Positions 1 to 14,200 of a stretch of 64,000 bases of DNA are shown piece by piece. Below the pieces are notes generated by a model. The model did not search any database. It was not told the DNA's origin and was given only the letters and a program-made list of their open reading frames with translations. Both the position numbers and the translations under genes were made by a program. The stretch's first letter is position 1. Each line of letters opens with the position of its first letter. Source of the DNA: Octopus sinensis (Eukaryota); NCBI RefSeq assembly GCF_006345805.1, contig NC_042999.1:173910001-173974000 (forward strand). The letters are read 5' to 3'.

Positions 1-838
1 TGCCCTAGCAGAAGCGTAAATAATTTCATTTAACTCAGTAAAATCAGGTTTTAATTCTCGTATTATTTCATTTGTTACCTAGTTGCCAATTTGGATTTGT
101 TTTTTATTTTGGTTTGTATCATTCTATCATTCATACTTGTATGTCTTACAACTTCAAGCGTATTCAGGATTTTCTGCCTCATTTCTGCCATAAACTCTCT
201 GTGTTCTTCAGCAAATGCGAGATCTTCAGTTACTGTTGTTTTTTCGTTTTCCTGGCTATCTTTAACAGGTACAATAGAATTTCTTGTATCTTCAGGCCTT
301 TGCGTACTTTGGTCAGATGGCAGTGTTTCAATTAAGCCTCGTGGCGGGCTATACTGTTCATCTGATTCTTCATTTCCTTTGTGTCTTATATTTATGTCAT
401 TTTCCGTTGCGTGCTTGATCGCGCTTATTTCACTGTCTGTGAGTCTGTTATTTCTAAAGATATATCCTCCTCACATTTGCTAATTTGTTCTCGTCCAAAT
501 AGGGCCTACTGTCTTGATTCCGTGTTCTCCATATACTGTAAGAGTTTGCGGTGTGTCTCTCTTGAGATGGCCTACCTAATGCATAGTAATAAGCGTATAT
601 TACTTCTTTATACTCTTCTCGGGTCCATTTGTTCCGCTTACATTTTTCTTGGAGGGCTCGAGTTGGGGGATTTCCCGTTCAAGTGACCATCCATGTCCGT
701 ATTCGGAGAAGAGTTTGTGCCAGTTGATGACTTTTCGATCCCAGGCTGGCTCTTCCCTGGGGGACGCGCTTCCAGATTAACCATAGGACAAGCGATTTGG
801 TATACTGATTTAGTTTTCCTTTTAGTTTCCAAAAACAT
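1..838 (-). mobile_element. R4/Dong-clade non-LTR retrotransposon, 5' ORF fragment (frameshifted)
   Basis: Minus strand translates as KRNKWTREEYKEVIYAYYYALGRP...WRTRNQDSRPYLDENKLANVRR and, at the window edge, TELNEIIYASARA. These resemble R4/Dong N-terminal motifs; stops and frameshifts are present. Confidence 0.6.
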
Positions 839-879
839 TTTGGTGCTACGATAATGTTATCATTTTTTTGCTTTGATTG

Positions 880-1130
880 GCTCGTGGGGAGACGGCCATC
901 ATTGCCGTTACAATTATAATCGTACCATTATAGCAGCCGTAGTCGGCTTATTATTGTTATTATCATCACCATTACCATCACTATCATCATTATCACCACC
1001 ATTACCATCATCATTATCATCATCACCATCACCATCACCACCATCATCATCAATGATATTGTTTTATGTGTAGTCACAGCAGTATCTTATTATTGTTATT
1101 TTTGTTTTTTTATCATTATCACCATCACAG
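880..1130. repeat. Low-complexity (CAT/CAC/TAT)n tract
   Basis: Degenerate trinucleotide repeats seen directly. Confidence 0.85.
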
Positions 1131-1726
1131 TAGTGTCTGCCTGACTCGTTGGCTGGCTTGGTGGTTGGCTAGCTGACTGTCTTTTTTTTTTTTTTTTTTT
1201 TTTTAGGTGCGGTCCTATCGGTCAAAAAAAGTTCAGATATTTACTACTATTAGGCTTAAGAAAAATTGAATAGAGAAGTTGTGTTCGACCAGAGAGAATC
1301 GTAGCATCAGCATTTTTTTTTTTTTTCCACGTTTCCCAAAAACATTTTGGTGCTATAAAAAGTGTTTGTATATTTCCTGTAAGATAATATTGTGGAGGTT
1401 GAAGTTGACTTTTCTAGAGATGTTTGTATGTCCAGTTAGAAGAACAGGTGTGTTTTTACAATAGAAAGTATATGTTTACATTTATATTTGAATATTCAGG
1501 GAGGAAGCAAAGAAAAGTCAGATTTTCATAGAAAGTTTTAGGGTTTTGTAAGTTTTGTAAGGAAAAAAAAAAAAAAAAAAAAAAAGGATGTTTACAGAGG
1601 CAATTGTGGGTATCAAAGTTTTTAAAGCTGGTCGAATGTATGATTGAAAACTGTAGATATGTAAATTTGTAAATTTTCTTAACTTATTTTGAAGGGCTGT
1701 TCTGTATTATTTGTGAATAGAGAAGC

Positions 1727-1728
<2 letters not shown>

Positions 1729-1804
<76 letters not shown>

Positions 1805-1831
1805 TATTATTATTTTTATTATTATTATTAC

Positions 1832-1915
<84 letters not shown>
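1729..1915. repeat. (ATT)n microsatellite
   Basis: About 60 near-perfect ATT units. Confidence 0.98.
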
Positions 1916-1918
1916 GAA

Positions 1919-2148
1919 GGCGGTGAGATGACAGAATTGTTAGTACGCTGGGTGATATGCTTAGCGGTATTTCATCCGTCTTTACGTTCTGAGTTCAAAT
2001 TCCGTCGAGGTCGACTTTACCTTTCATCCTTTCGGGGGTCGATAAATTAAGTACCAGTTGAATACTGAGGTCGATGTAATCGACTATTCCCCTCCCATAA
2101 ATTTCAGGCATTATGCTTAAAGTAGAAAGGATTATCATTATTATTATT
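1919..2148 (+). mobile_element. tRNA-derived SINE family A (short-tail variant)
   Basis: GGCGGTGAG..head, GAGTTCAAATTCC B-box, central CTTTCATCCTTTCGGGGTCGATAAATTAAGTACCAG block; many copies elsewhere in the window. Confidence 0.9.
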
Positions 2149-2792
2149 TTCCTTTTTATCACAGGTTTTATTGGAACTCCTGGAGTCTTGCATGCGTAGC
2201 GGGCTTACTACCTGCAGCCTACGGTACCATGTTATCTGTTCTTGTCAGCTATCTAATACTTTCCTGATTATTCTGACCGTGCCAACGGGGTAAACATTTT
2301 GTAACAGTTCTATTGGGTACTTTATTCCAATTTCCTTTATATTCCTCTTGGTGCCTTCTGATACTGTTCCCAAGGACCCAATAATAATTGGCACTATCTT
2401 CATTTTTTACATTTTTCATATCCGGGCAATTTCGTACTTCAGAGGGTTATATTTATTTACTTTTTTGCCTTCCTTCTTGACTATTCGTGGGTCAAATGGG
2501 TATGCAACATCAACTATATAGCACATCTGGTGCATCTTGTCGACCACCAATATGTCCGGTCTGTTATGCTCTAGCACCTGATCTGTTTGGATTGAGAAAT
2601 CCCAGAGGATTTTGCTAGTCTCCGACTCCGCCACTCTGTGCGGTATGTGCTCATAGTACGTCTTGCCTCTCTCTAGCCTACTTTTCGCAGTTTCCAACGT
2701 AGCACTTTCCCTATCTGATCATGTCGCCACAGCTTGCAGGGGTTTGGAGCAAGTCTAGGACATTCGTTTGTGATATGTGTAATGGTTCCATC
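2135..2792 (-). mobile_element. R4/Dong-clade LINE 3' end (zinc-knuckle remnant + restriction-like endonuclease)
   Basis: THITNECPRLA..RHDQIGK, then ILWDFSIQTD..HNRPDILVVDK..CYIVDVAYPFD..KY..L and IVPIIIGSLG; (TAA)n at both ends. Confidence 0.85.
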
Positions 2793-2794
2793 CA

Positions 2795-2865
2795 TTATTA
2801 TTATTATTATATTATTATTATTATTATATTATTATTATATTATTATTATTATTATTATTACTATT
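2795..2865. repeat. (TAT)n microsatellite
   Basis: Seen directly. Confidence 0.95.
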
Positions 2866-3299
2866 ACATTTGCTGCGGGACACATCGGACGTGCTTTCGA
2901 ACTCTCCAAGTAAGTTCATTTAAAAATATTTATTTACACCAGGATTGTTGTCATTTTTCAATAATTATTTTATTCCAGGTTGTGAATAGAAACACCAGCA
3001 ATCTCTTACTGGTTTTTTAAGGTTGTGTAGCCCCCAAATATGCGGTTTTTGGCGTTAAATTGAAATGAACCAAATATAACTCAACAAGATGGCAGAGCGC
3101 GTCATGAAAAAACAAAACAAACTATCCTACCAATATGGTAATGGATGAAGACTTCCCTCCCCTTCCGTCCGTTACGGGCAATACTACAGGGGAAAGGTAC
3201 GGGGAGATAAAACAAGACTGTCATGATACGAAGTGTAACTAACAGTAAACACAATAGTAGAAGAAACACTAACAGCGGTAGAAATGACAACGACACAAA

Positions 3300-3548
3300 T
3301 ACCAGTTGTGAAGCAGTGGTGGGGAACAAACACAGACAGAAACGCACACACACAAACACGCACACGCACACACACACACACGACATACACGACGAGCTTC
3401 TTTCAGTTTCCGTCTACCATATCCACTCACGAGGTTTTGGTTGGATCGGGTCTATTATAGTAAACACTTGCCTGAGATGTTATGCAGCAGGACTGAACCT
3501 GCAACCTTGTGGTTGGGAAGGGAGCTTCTAATCACACAGTCATCTCTA
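3300..3548 (-). mobile_element. tRNA-derived SINE family B (CORE-like, internal microsatellite), 5' part
   Basis: Reverse complement of tRNA-like head, GGCAAGTGT CORE-like block and GGTAGACGGAAACTGAAAGAAGC, followed by (GT)n. Confidence 0.85.
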
Positions 3549-3829
3549 TCGATGTCACATAATATATGTGTGTCCGGAGAGAATCTCTTTAAAGAGTTAA
3601 GGTATTCAAAGTCAGGCGAAACGAATCATTCCAGACGTGAACAAGAACAAGCGATGTCGATATTTCACTGTTAATTTATCCCATCAGAGTCATACCCTCG
3701 TTTTGCTCTCGAAACGAATTCATATTGCCAACCAGAAGTAACTACAGATAGCGTAACATCTATCTTCTGATGTACAACAGTGCCGCACAAGTAGAATAAA
3801 ATTTAAAGTGGTTCTGTAATATAAACATT

Positions 3830-4029
3830 ATAGAGCTGCTTATGTTGATTCGTTAGCTACTGCACGCATTTTTTTCTCTCCTTCTTTCTGTGTATCTTTC
3901 TGTTGAAGAGCGTAGGCTCGAAACGTTAAAGACTTGTTTTATTTATATTTCCTGAGCGCCATACTAATACAATTGTTCGTTTGTTTTCCACCTGCCTTCG
4001 TCTTTTGTTTATTTTCATAAAGCTTCCCG

Positions 4030-4030
<1 letters not shown>
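3830..4030 (+). mobile_element. Penelope-like terminal repeat fragment (family 1)
   Basis: Hammerhead-like core followed by a tail homologous to 4936-5025 and 17789-17895 (inverted); ends at (AT)n. Confidence 0.65.
3895..3932 (+). ncRNA. Degenerate minimal hammerhead ribozyme
   Basis: TCTTT-CTGTTGA-A-GAGC/GTAG/GCTC-GAAA-CGTT-AAAGA. Stems I and II pair; core A6 is mutated to T. Confidence 0.55.
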
Positions 4031-4590
<560 letters not shown>

Positions 4591-4902
4591 ATATATTGAT
4601 AATAATATGTATTATGTATGTATAAAAGTATATTTGTAATTAACTATTCTTATAAAGCTTTTCTACGATTAAAGCTAAATTAAAACTGTTTAAAAGATAA
4701 TATAACTACAAGGTATTAAGACATACATATTATTTCAAACCATATGGTCCCATCACTTCTAGAACTTAAAAGATTATCTTAACTATAGATGACCTAGTAC
4801 GTAATTACTACACCCTTAGTTGTCTCAATCAATATTGGTGACGTTGTAAGCAAATAAATTGAATCGTAAATATTCCAAATCTTTACAAATATATGTATAT
4901 AC

Positions 4903-4935
<33 letters not shown>

Positions 4936-5025
4936 GGGAAAGTTCACGAAAAAACAACAAAAGACGAAAAGAGGTGGTGTACAAAACAAACAGATGTAGT
5001 AATATAACGCTCAAGAATAGAATAT
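4936..5025 (-). mobile_element. Penelope-like terminal repeat fragment (family 1)
   Basis: Inverted homolog of ~3945-4030; begins at (AT)n. Confidence 0.6.
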
Positions 5026-5043
5026 ATATATACATATATATAA

Positions 5044-5694
5044 GATCAAGAGAAGTTCTACCCAGATCAAGAGAAGTTCTCCAAACTATGGAAAGAGGAC
5101 TGTGAAAAAGAAGAACTAAAATCTCTCCAACGCTGGGAGAAAAACGCCATTTGGTTCTCAGACTATGAAGCCGTCTTTCAAACAGAGCACGCCTCCAACA
5201 ACCCTTTCCAGAAAATAAGAAAACCAAAACAACACCCAAACACCAATACACACCTGTCTAAAAATCGGAACCTTCACTACTTTCAAAAAAAGAATACAGG
5301 ACCTAACCCTAACTCGGTAAGCAGCCAGCGTTACAATATCAGGAATACCCCCACTTCAAGCAGAGAAAGGATAAATCAACACCCACAGCATAGACACTGC
5401 AACCTTATCCCCACCCAAAAGAGTTACCAACGAAATCTCCGCCCCATAAACCGGTTAAACAACCATGCACAACAAACCCACTCCACTTACAATGATTACC
5501 AACGAAGGCCTCCTAGAACACCACACCCGAATATGGGATATCGGGATGCTCTCCTCAATACTGCTCCAAGAACACACACCATAAATCACAACAGGAGACC
5601 CCACATCAACAAAGAACAACTATATAATAGCTACCGTCCCAACCACCGCATTCATTTTTTAGACCCAATACGCAAACACAGAGACACAAGATAG
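5044..5694 (+). CDS. PLE upstream (N-terminal/ORF1-like) open frame, 5'-truncated
   Basis: Manual translation, frame 1, 216 codons with no stop: ..LWKEDCEKEELKSLQRWEKNAIWFSDYEAVF..MGYRDALLN..NHRIHFLDPIRKHRDTR*. Absent from the ORF track, presumably because it lacks an early start codon. Confidence 0.7.
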   Translation, partial: DQEKFYPDQEKFSKLWKEDCEKEELKSLQRWEKNAIWFSDYEAVFQTEHASNNPFQKIRKPKQHPNTNTHLSKNRNLHYFQKKNTGPNPNSVSSQRYNIRNTPTSSRERINQHPQHRHCNLIPTQKSYQRNLRPINRLNNHAQQTHSTYNDYQRRPPRTPHPNMGYRDALLNTAPRTHTINHNRRPHINKEQLYNSYRPNHRIHFLDPIRKHRDTR

Positions 5695-7985
5695 CACCAA
5701 ACAAGCAGGAGGAACCAAAAGTAATAAAAATTATCAATCTAACTCACAAGGAACTAACAGCAAACCAAATTAACATACTTTCCAAAGGACTCAAGTTTAC
5801 ACCCACCCCACAACACCCCAACTACAACGAAATGAAAGAAGACATCGCAGAATTCTGCAGAAAATTAAGACTTACTGAGGAGCTATACGATAAATACAAC
5901 GAGGACGAATCGTTAGCCAGAAATAGGAGTAACTACACTCCCTCGAAAGGTAAGAACAAAACACTTGATGATTTCTGTGACCACATATCTAATTACCCAT
6001 ATCAACATATGCACAAACAAAAACACAAACCAAACTTCAGCAAAAAAGAATGGGCTGAGTTGAACAAATTAAAACAAGATAAAACAATAACAATCAAAGA
6101 GGCCGATAAAGGGAGTGCTGTTGTCTTAATGGATACGACATTTTACATAACTTTGGTACTTTCTATGATGAAAGACACAACATACTATGAAAAGGCACAA
6201 AACTACAGTCAACAAAAAATAATGAGGGAACTAAAATCCATATTAAACCCATACAAAGCAGGGCTCACCGACAAAGAATATGATTATATGACCAATTTCA
6301 CAAGTAAAACTAGCCAATTCTACGGTATACCTAAGATCCACAAAGTGAAAAAATAAGCAACGCATGCAAGATAGCTACAGACAAAATAATTAAAGTCCCT
6401 AATCCTAATGACCTCAAATTGAGACCCATAATAGCAGGTCCCGCATGCGAAACCCACCGCCTCAGTAACTTTTTAGACACCCTGTTAAAACCACTCCTCA
6501 AACATGTCAAAAGCTATATAAGGGACGACTTAGATATGCTCAATCACCTACCGAATACTATAAACAAAAACACCATACTGGTATCCTTCGATGTAGTCAA
6601 CCTCTACTCCAATATCCCCCACAACCTAGGACTAGAGGCAATCCAATTCTGGCTAGAGAATCACGCCAACGAACTACCACACCGCATCAAAAAAGAATTT
6701 GTGATAGAAGGGGTTAAATTCATCCTGGAAAATAACTTCTTCGCCTTCAATGACAACTCCTACCGACAAAAATCGGGGACTGCGATGGGTACACGAATGG
6801 CCTCCTCCTTTGCCAACCTAGTCATAGGATACCTAGAGATCAGTCTGTATCGTAAGGTTCTAGAAAGATATGGCAGCCCTTTCTCCATCTACATAGAAAA
6901 CAACTGGAAGAGATATCTAGATGACTGTTTCATCCTTTGGCATAAAAATATAGAAAAACTCATAGAATTCCAGAAAATTTTAAACGGACTGGACGTAAAC
7001 ATCCAATTCACGATGGAATATAGCCAACAACAACTCCCCTTCCTCGATATCCTCATTAAGAAAGCTAATAATATAATAGAAACAGACATATACTATAAGC
7101 CTACAGACTCTAAGCAATATTTTCCATTCAATTCATGCCACCCCAGACACACCAGGATGAATATCCCCTTCAATCTAGCAAAAAGGATATGCACTATAGT
7201 CTCTAACGCAAACACCAGAGACACACGACTACAAGAACTAAAAGATACCCTTATCACCAGGAACTATCCACCTTCACTTATTGACAAGTGCATTCAACGT
7301 GCCCTTCAACTTAACATCAAGGAACTGAGACATCCCAAATCAAAGAAAAACTTACAACCAAAAGCCTTACCATACATCTCCACACACAACCCTCTCAATA
7401 ACGAAGCCTTCGACACCATCCTCCACAACATACCCCTCCTAAAAAAAGACCACAGAATGAACACAATCCTCCAAACGCACACAATCATAAAAAGCAAAAG
7501 ACAGCCTAGATCCATGAAAAGTTTCCTAACACAAGCCCGAATTCACTCTTCAACACAGAAGCCGACAGTAAAAAAATGTGGAAGACCCAATTGCGGGATA
7601 TGCGACTATCTAATTGAGGGATCAGAGTTCTCCTTCAAACAGGGACAACGGTTTACAGTGAAAAGCAACTTCACATGTGCTTCGGAGAACCTAATATACT
7701 CACTAACCTGCTCCGGGTGTCAAGAGCAGTACATAGGCCAAACAAAAAATGGTTTGCGTAAACGAATGGCCCTGCACAGATCCCAGATAAAAATTCCCCA
7801 AAACAGAAAAATAGCTTTTAGCCAACACATAGATACTTGCGCCAACAAAAAAAACACCAAACTTCAGAATTTTCCCCCTCTACCAATTTAGGGACGATAC
7901 AACCTCGAGACAACGAATAAGTAAAGAAAATCTCTTTATTACAAAATACAAGCCACTTCTTAACGGGTCTACGACAAACAATTAA
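5631..7985 (+). pseudogene. PLE reverse transcriptase + GIY-YIG endonuclease, two 1-nt frameshifts
   Basis: IINLT..LSKGLKFTPTP, YGIPKIHK, LVSFDVVNLYSNIP, GTAMGT, WKRYLDDCF, LPFLD, CGRPNCGIC, NLIYSLTCSGCQEQYIGQT. The C-terminus KENLFITKYKPLLN is recovered after a shift. Lesions at ~6342-6353 and 7847-7854 both lie in A-runs. Confidence 0.93.
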
Positions 7986-8619
7986 TATACCTCAACTTTA
8001 GAATAAAAGAAATATATACACACACAAATATTACACTCCATAGAATCCATTACTAATCAGCCCCATCACAGCTATACTTACACCCATTCATATTCTCCCT
8101 TCTCTGTGTTTTTCTTCTTCTTCTTCTTCCTCTTCTTCTTCATCATCATTATCATCATCATCGTCGTCATCATCATCACCACCATCATCACCACCATCTT
8201 CTCCTTCTCCTTCTCTTCTTCTTCTTCTTCTTCTTCATCATCATCATCATCACATCGTCATCTTCTTCTTCTTCTACTTCTCCACCTTCCACCCCTTAAC
8301 CTTGTCACTAATGTCTTTCAGTATAACGCCTACGCAAATTCCATAAACAATTCCTGAATTGAACTGCGACTACTGTCAACCACTGACCATTCAAAATACG
8401 ACCATTAAGACATTCCCAGATTTCCCCACCCCCTCTCCACATCAGCCTCCTTATTCTTCACCTATCCTACCAAGAACTCAAAACGACCTCGAACACACAA
8501 GTGCAAACAAGGGAGTCAGAGAAAGGCAGAATGCTACTTATATCTGAAGACTACTACAGAAATATTCTTTTAAAAAAACTTTTCTTCTAATTTTTCTAAA
8601 TTTAATTATTTAATCGTTA

Positions 8620-8657
8620 CAGTTGAAAAGGTCTCAAAATGACCGAAACCGGTACTG
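8620..8657 (+). ncRNA. Type I hammerhead ribozyme with U3-A8 core variant
   Basis: CAG-TTGAAAA-GGTC/TCAAAAT/GACC-GAAA-CCGGTA-CTG; palindromic stem III (ACCGGT), GUA cleavage triplet. Confidence 0.7.
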
Positions 8658-8709
8658 AAAGATTCACTATGAAATTATCTTAGCATTTTCTATTTTTGAC
8701 TTGTTTTTT

Positions 8710-9863
<1,154 letters not shown>

Positions 9864-9896
9864 TATATATATTATATATATATACATATATATATA

Positions 9897-10908
9897 TCTT
9901 TATATATATAAAACTGAGAATGTTTGTCTGTCTGTCTGTTTCCCTAAAACTTGAGAACTACACAACCAATTTCATTCAAATTTTACACATGCCTTACTTA
10001 GGGTCCATGTAATTACATGGACAAAAACATGTTCAACTTCTTGCCTAGAGCGAGCCCATAGCAATATCATATCTTCTCCACTATTTCAGTATTACGTGTT
10101 AAAAGTGAAACAAAAACGCTTCTCTATTTTATGTCAGATACTTTCACTTTAACAATAAAAATAATAATAACAATTGAATTATATGTAGTAAGTAATAATT
10201 AAAATCAAACTAAAGTCACATGACAAAAGTAAAAATAGCAATTGGTATAAAATTGCATCAATGATTTGAACTTGAATAAGTGGTTTCACATGAATGGGAA
10301 TAAATTAAAAATAAAATTAGCGTGCAGAAATGGAATAGTCCAGATGGATAATAAAAAATTAAATTAAAGAAAAGACTATTGTCTATAAAGTATACAATGT
10401 AGAGAAAAAAGAAGATTTGAACACATGGAGGAAAGCACCTTCGAAAAGTGTCTTGGTGCGACTATGAAAGGAATCTAATCAGAGGCGGTAAATTCGCCAC
10501 AATAGAAGCAAGGTTCAAGTCAACGGAGCGTGCAAGGGAGTACTCGACTCGAACTTGCAAAGTGGAAATATTTTATTTTTACCTTTATATCTAGGACGTA
10601 GGACGTCCCGGAAAAAAGTTTTAAATGCCCCCCACCAGAAGTAGAGGCAGGCTGGATTGTAGCCACACTTCTATACAAGAGGGAGGACAAGATACAATTG
10701 ATCGACATTACAAGAGACAGGCTAACAATTCCAGTCTGTTATATATTTTGAGTATTGTTATCACTAGCGATATCAAGATATAACTTTGTATTTTGTATTT
10801 TATGTGTAGATGTATATATATAGATGTACATGTAAGATGTACACATATATATACACATATATACATGTACTAGCATTATGACCCGGCAACGACGGGTCTT
10901 TAATGCTA

Positions 10909-10909
<1 letters not shown>
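9897..10909 (+). mobile_element. Non-autonomous Helitron, copy 2
   Basis: Same termini; near-identical to copy 1 (one extra A seen at ~10696). Confidence 0.88.
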
Positions 10910-10970
<61 letters not shown>

Positions 10971-12964
10971 TATTGCATAAGCTTAGAGAAAACAGTCATG
11001 AGGGTGGGTGGTATTTCAAGTAATGATAATAGTACTATATATTTTTAATACTATCAAACATTTGTGTGTGTACGAGTAACATTGGTTCTTATATCAACGC
11101 TAGTACGTGTCAGCTACTTCGGTAATTGATATTCAGACGGCTATATGTCAAATTCGTCCTCGGTTGACTGAAAATTCAGAATTTTATTTTATACTACATT
11201 ATATTTATTCTAGTTTTTCGCATTATGCAATGCAACTTCCAAATAACAACAACACAGATTTTGGGAGTTTCCCTCTGACACACACACGATACATTTTTGA
11301 TGCTTCCTGTGATGTGCATTGTTGTCTCAGTTGAGTAGTAGCTTATTTTAAAGACTCAACATTGGTGGAATTAAAATTTAGTCCTGTCAGGATTTGAGAA
11401 CTGAACTCAAAGAAACAGATAAATAATACAAGGCATCTTTTTCACCAAAAAAATATAACAGAAATACTAGCAGGGCTCGTGAAACATCTAAGTACTTTCT
11501 TTATGTTATTTCTGTTTTGATATTCTCTCTTCATATTCTGTCTCTATTACACACTTTTCCTCTGTTAAAGATTTTGAAATACAAGTTCAATTTCGTCTCA
11601 TAATTTTTGCTCGATAATGCATAACGATCACCATGTCTGAGCATTTAAATATTTCGATTATATCTTAATTTCAGTGTATAGTTATTATTGTATAAACATT
11701 CCTGCTTGTTTCATTATTTTACAGAATTCTGTTGTCTTAGTTTGCGTCCTACAGTTGTTATTAAAAGCGTTACATTCGAACACACATTGTGACAATTATG
11801 ATAATGCTTTCATATTTTTGCGCAAGGTTAGCAATTTCGAGACAGGGACTGGTCAACTATATCGGCCCCAGTTCTTATCTGGTACTTATTTTGTCGGCCT
11901 CTAAAGAAAGAAATTATTGCTACTAATATTATATATAACATTAACGCATGATCATAAATTTACCTTCAGTGAACTCAATTAACAGCCGTCCATTGGTAAA
12001 TATTATCGAATGTCAGGGATTGCAAGCCAGCTCTAATTGAAATGTTTTATTTATTTTATATATTCGTAAAGGGCCTTAACTAACTACCACAAAGCACGTG
12101 GCTGCTTCTTTGGCATGATGCTGCCATCATAATATTATGAATATCAATGAAAATATAGCAATGCAGTAACCCAAGACAGAAAAATATGAAATTTATGCTA
12201 TGCAGTATATAATTTAGTGGCATTCATTTCAGAGATCATAACGTTACGTTTTATTTGCTGTTAATAACGATAGGGTCAATAAGTAATATTGATTTATTGA
12301 ACATTAGCCACTCAGTAACCCACTCGTTACCCTTTCTCATAAAAGCCTTAATTCTAAGTACGAAAGCAGTAATTTTGGGTTGTATTGCAATTTTCCTAAT
12401 ATAAGCCACCGTAGCATTATTTCTTAATGTAATGTTCATTTTGTAGCTGTTGTCGTTGTTGCTGTAGTTGTTATTTTCGTTATTTTTTTTTTGTTTAAAA
12501 TATTGTTGCAAATGTGTTCTATTCCAAACGAAAAGTTTTTAAAATTTGAAATAAATTTTAAAATATATGCAAAAGCAGCATATATTTTATTGACTACATG
12601 CAAAACCATTTCGTTGGATTACATCTCATGTTGTTCGAAAATCATTAAAGCACATTTATAACTTAGAATTTATGTATGTAAAACTTTTTTAATAAAAAGA
12701 AATATGAATTCAATAAAAGTATTTCAGATTAAAAATCAATTTTAATACCGAAAAGCAAAACAAAATATTTCAAAGAAATCATGTTTGCATCAACATACAA
12801 TGTGCTATCTGCTTTAAAATATTAAATAAACGATAATGTTAAGCGCAATAATGCTGAGCATTGCCAATAACTGGCTCGAATCGGTGTTGTGTTATGTATG
12901 CATATATGCAAATATGAAGACATAGGCAAACACACACACACGCACATACATGTATAAATATATA

Positions 12965-13011
<47 letters not shown>

Positions 13012-13075
13012 GTTATGTGTAATCTTTTTACATTGACATTATTCAAAATTTGTACCGCACTCACAGACAAAATAT

Positions 13076-13149
<74 letters not shown>

Positions 13150-14200
13150 ATTAAGAATCAGTTGAATTAGATAGTTACGTTGAGGCACCAAGTCAGTTCT
13201 GTATTATCCGCACAGCTCGAAGTTAGGTGAATAAAATCAAATAAGTAACGGAATGTCAGGCAATAATGCAATACGACTGTTTCAGGCGGCTCCAAATATT
13301 TTATCACAGATAGAGGATGGAAGAATTTCATGTAACCACTATTGCAGCAAGAATAAGCTAAGAGAAAAACAACTATAATTTTGGAATGGCAGGAATGGAT
13401 CAAAGTGGAGGGCATGGGATTGTAATTCATTTCTAATATTTTTTTATCTACGTTCTTATCACCATCAAAAATATCTAAGGCTAGAAAGCTGCGTTTATTG
13501 AGAATTAAGAACATTATGAGTTGACAGTTCAGAACTGGCTGCTGCTGGTCATAAATAAATATTATTCGTTATTCCCCCTAATCTTAATTTCTTATGGCCA
13601 TAAGCACCCCTTACCACACCACAGAAGAGGTAGGTATGGGTGACAAACTCTTTTCATAATTTTCAGTTAAAGCGGCCTGCACTATGGAACTTGGGACGCT
13701 AGAATGAGATCTAAGAAAACATTAAAGGCACCGATAGAAAAAGTTTATATCAAGGTATAGGAAAACCCGTGTATTATTATACGTCGTATAAAAATAAAAG
13801 TAGTTTTTTTTTAAATTTTAGAAAGGGATATCAGAATCAGGTGAGATAAGAGGGTTGTACAGATAAATTTAAGAAGATTACTATTATATAAAAGCACCAT
13901 AATACCACATATTTTCAGAACTATTAGGTGGTCACTACAAAGACCACTCAAACAATGATCACAGCTTACATATGGAATTTATTTGAGAAAGAGATACATA
14001 TTGTCTATTGATAGAAAGTAATGGAACAGAAACAGAATAATAAGAGAAATGATTCAATAAAATATAGGCTTATTTAAATATATAAGAATACAAAAACATT
14101 TTAACAACTGTGAAAAGTGTGTACTGATATAACTAGATATAACAGTATAAAGATATGGAACACAAAAAACATATACAAAAAGGATTTATATATATATAAA

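Noticed and set aside
5317-5662. Possible intron in the PLE (G|GTAAGC donor at 5317, TTTTTTAG acceptor at 5662)
   Set aside because: Splicing these sites leads into frame 2, which stops after ~36 codons, so it does not join the upstream ORF to RT.
13167-13514. 115-aa minus-strand ORF
   Set aside because: No recognisable domain or splice context.
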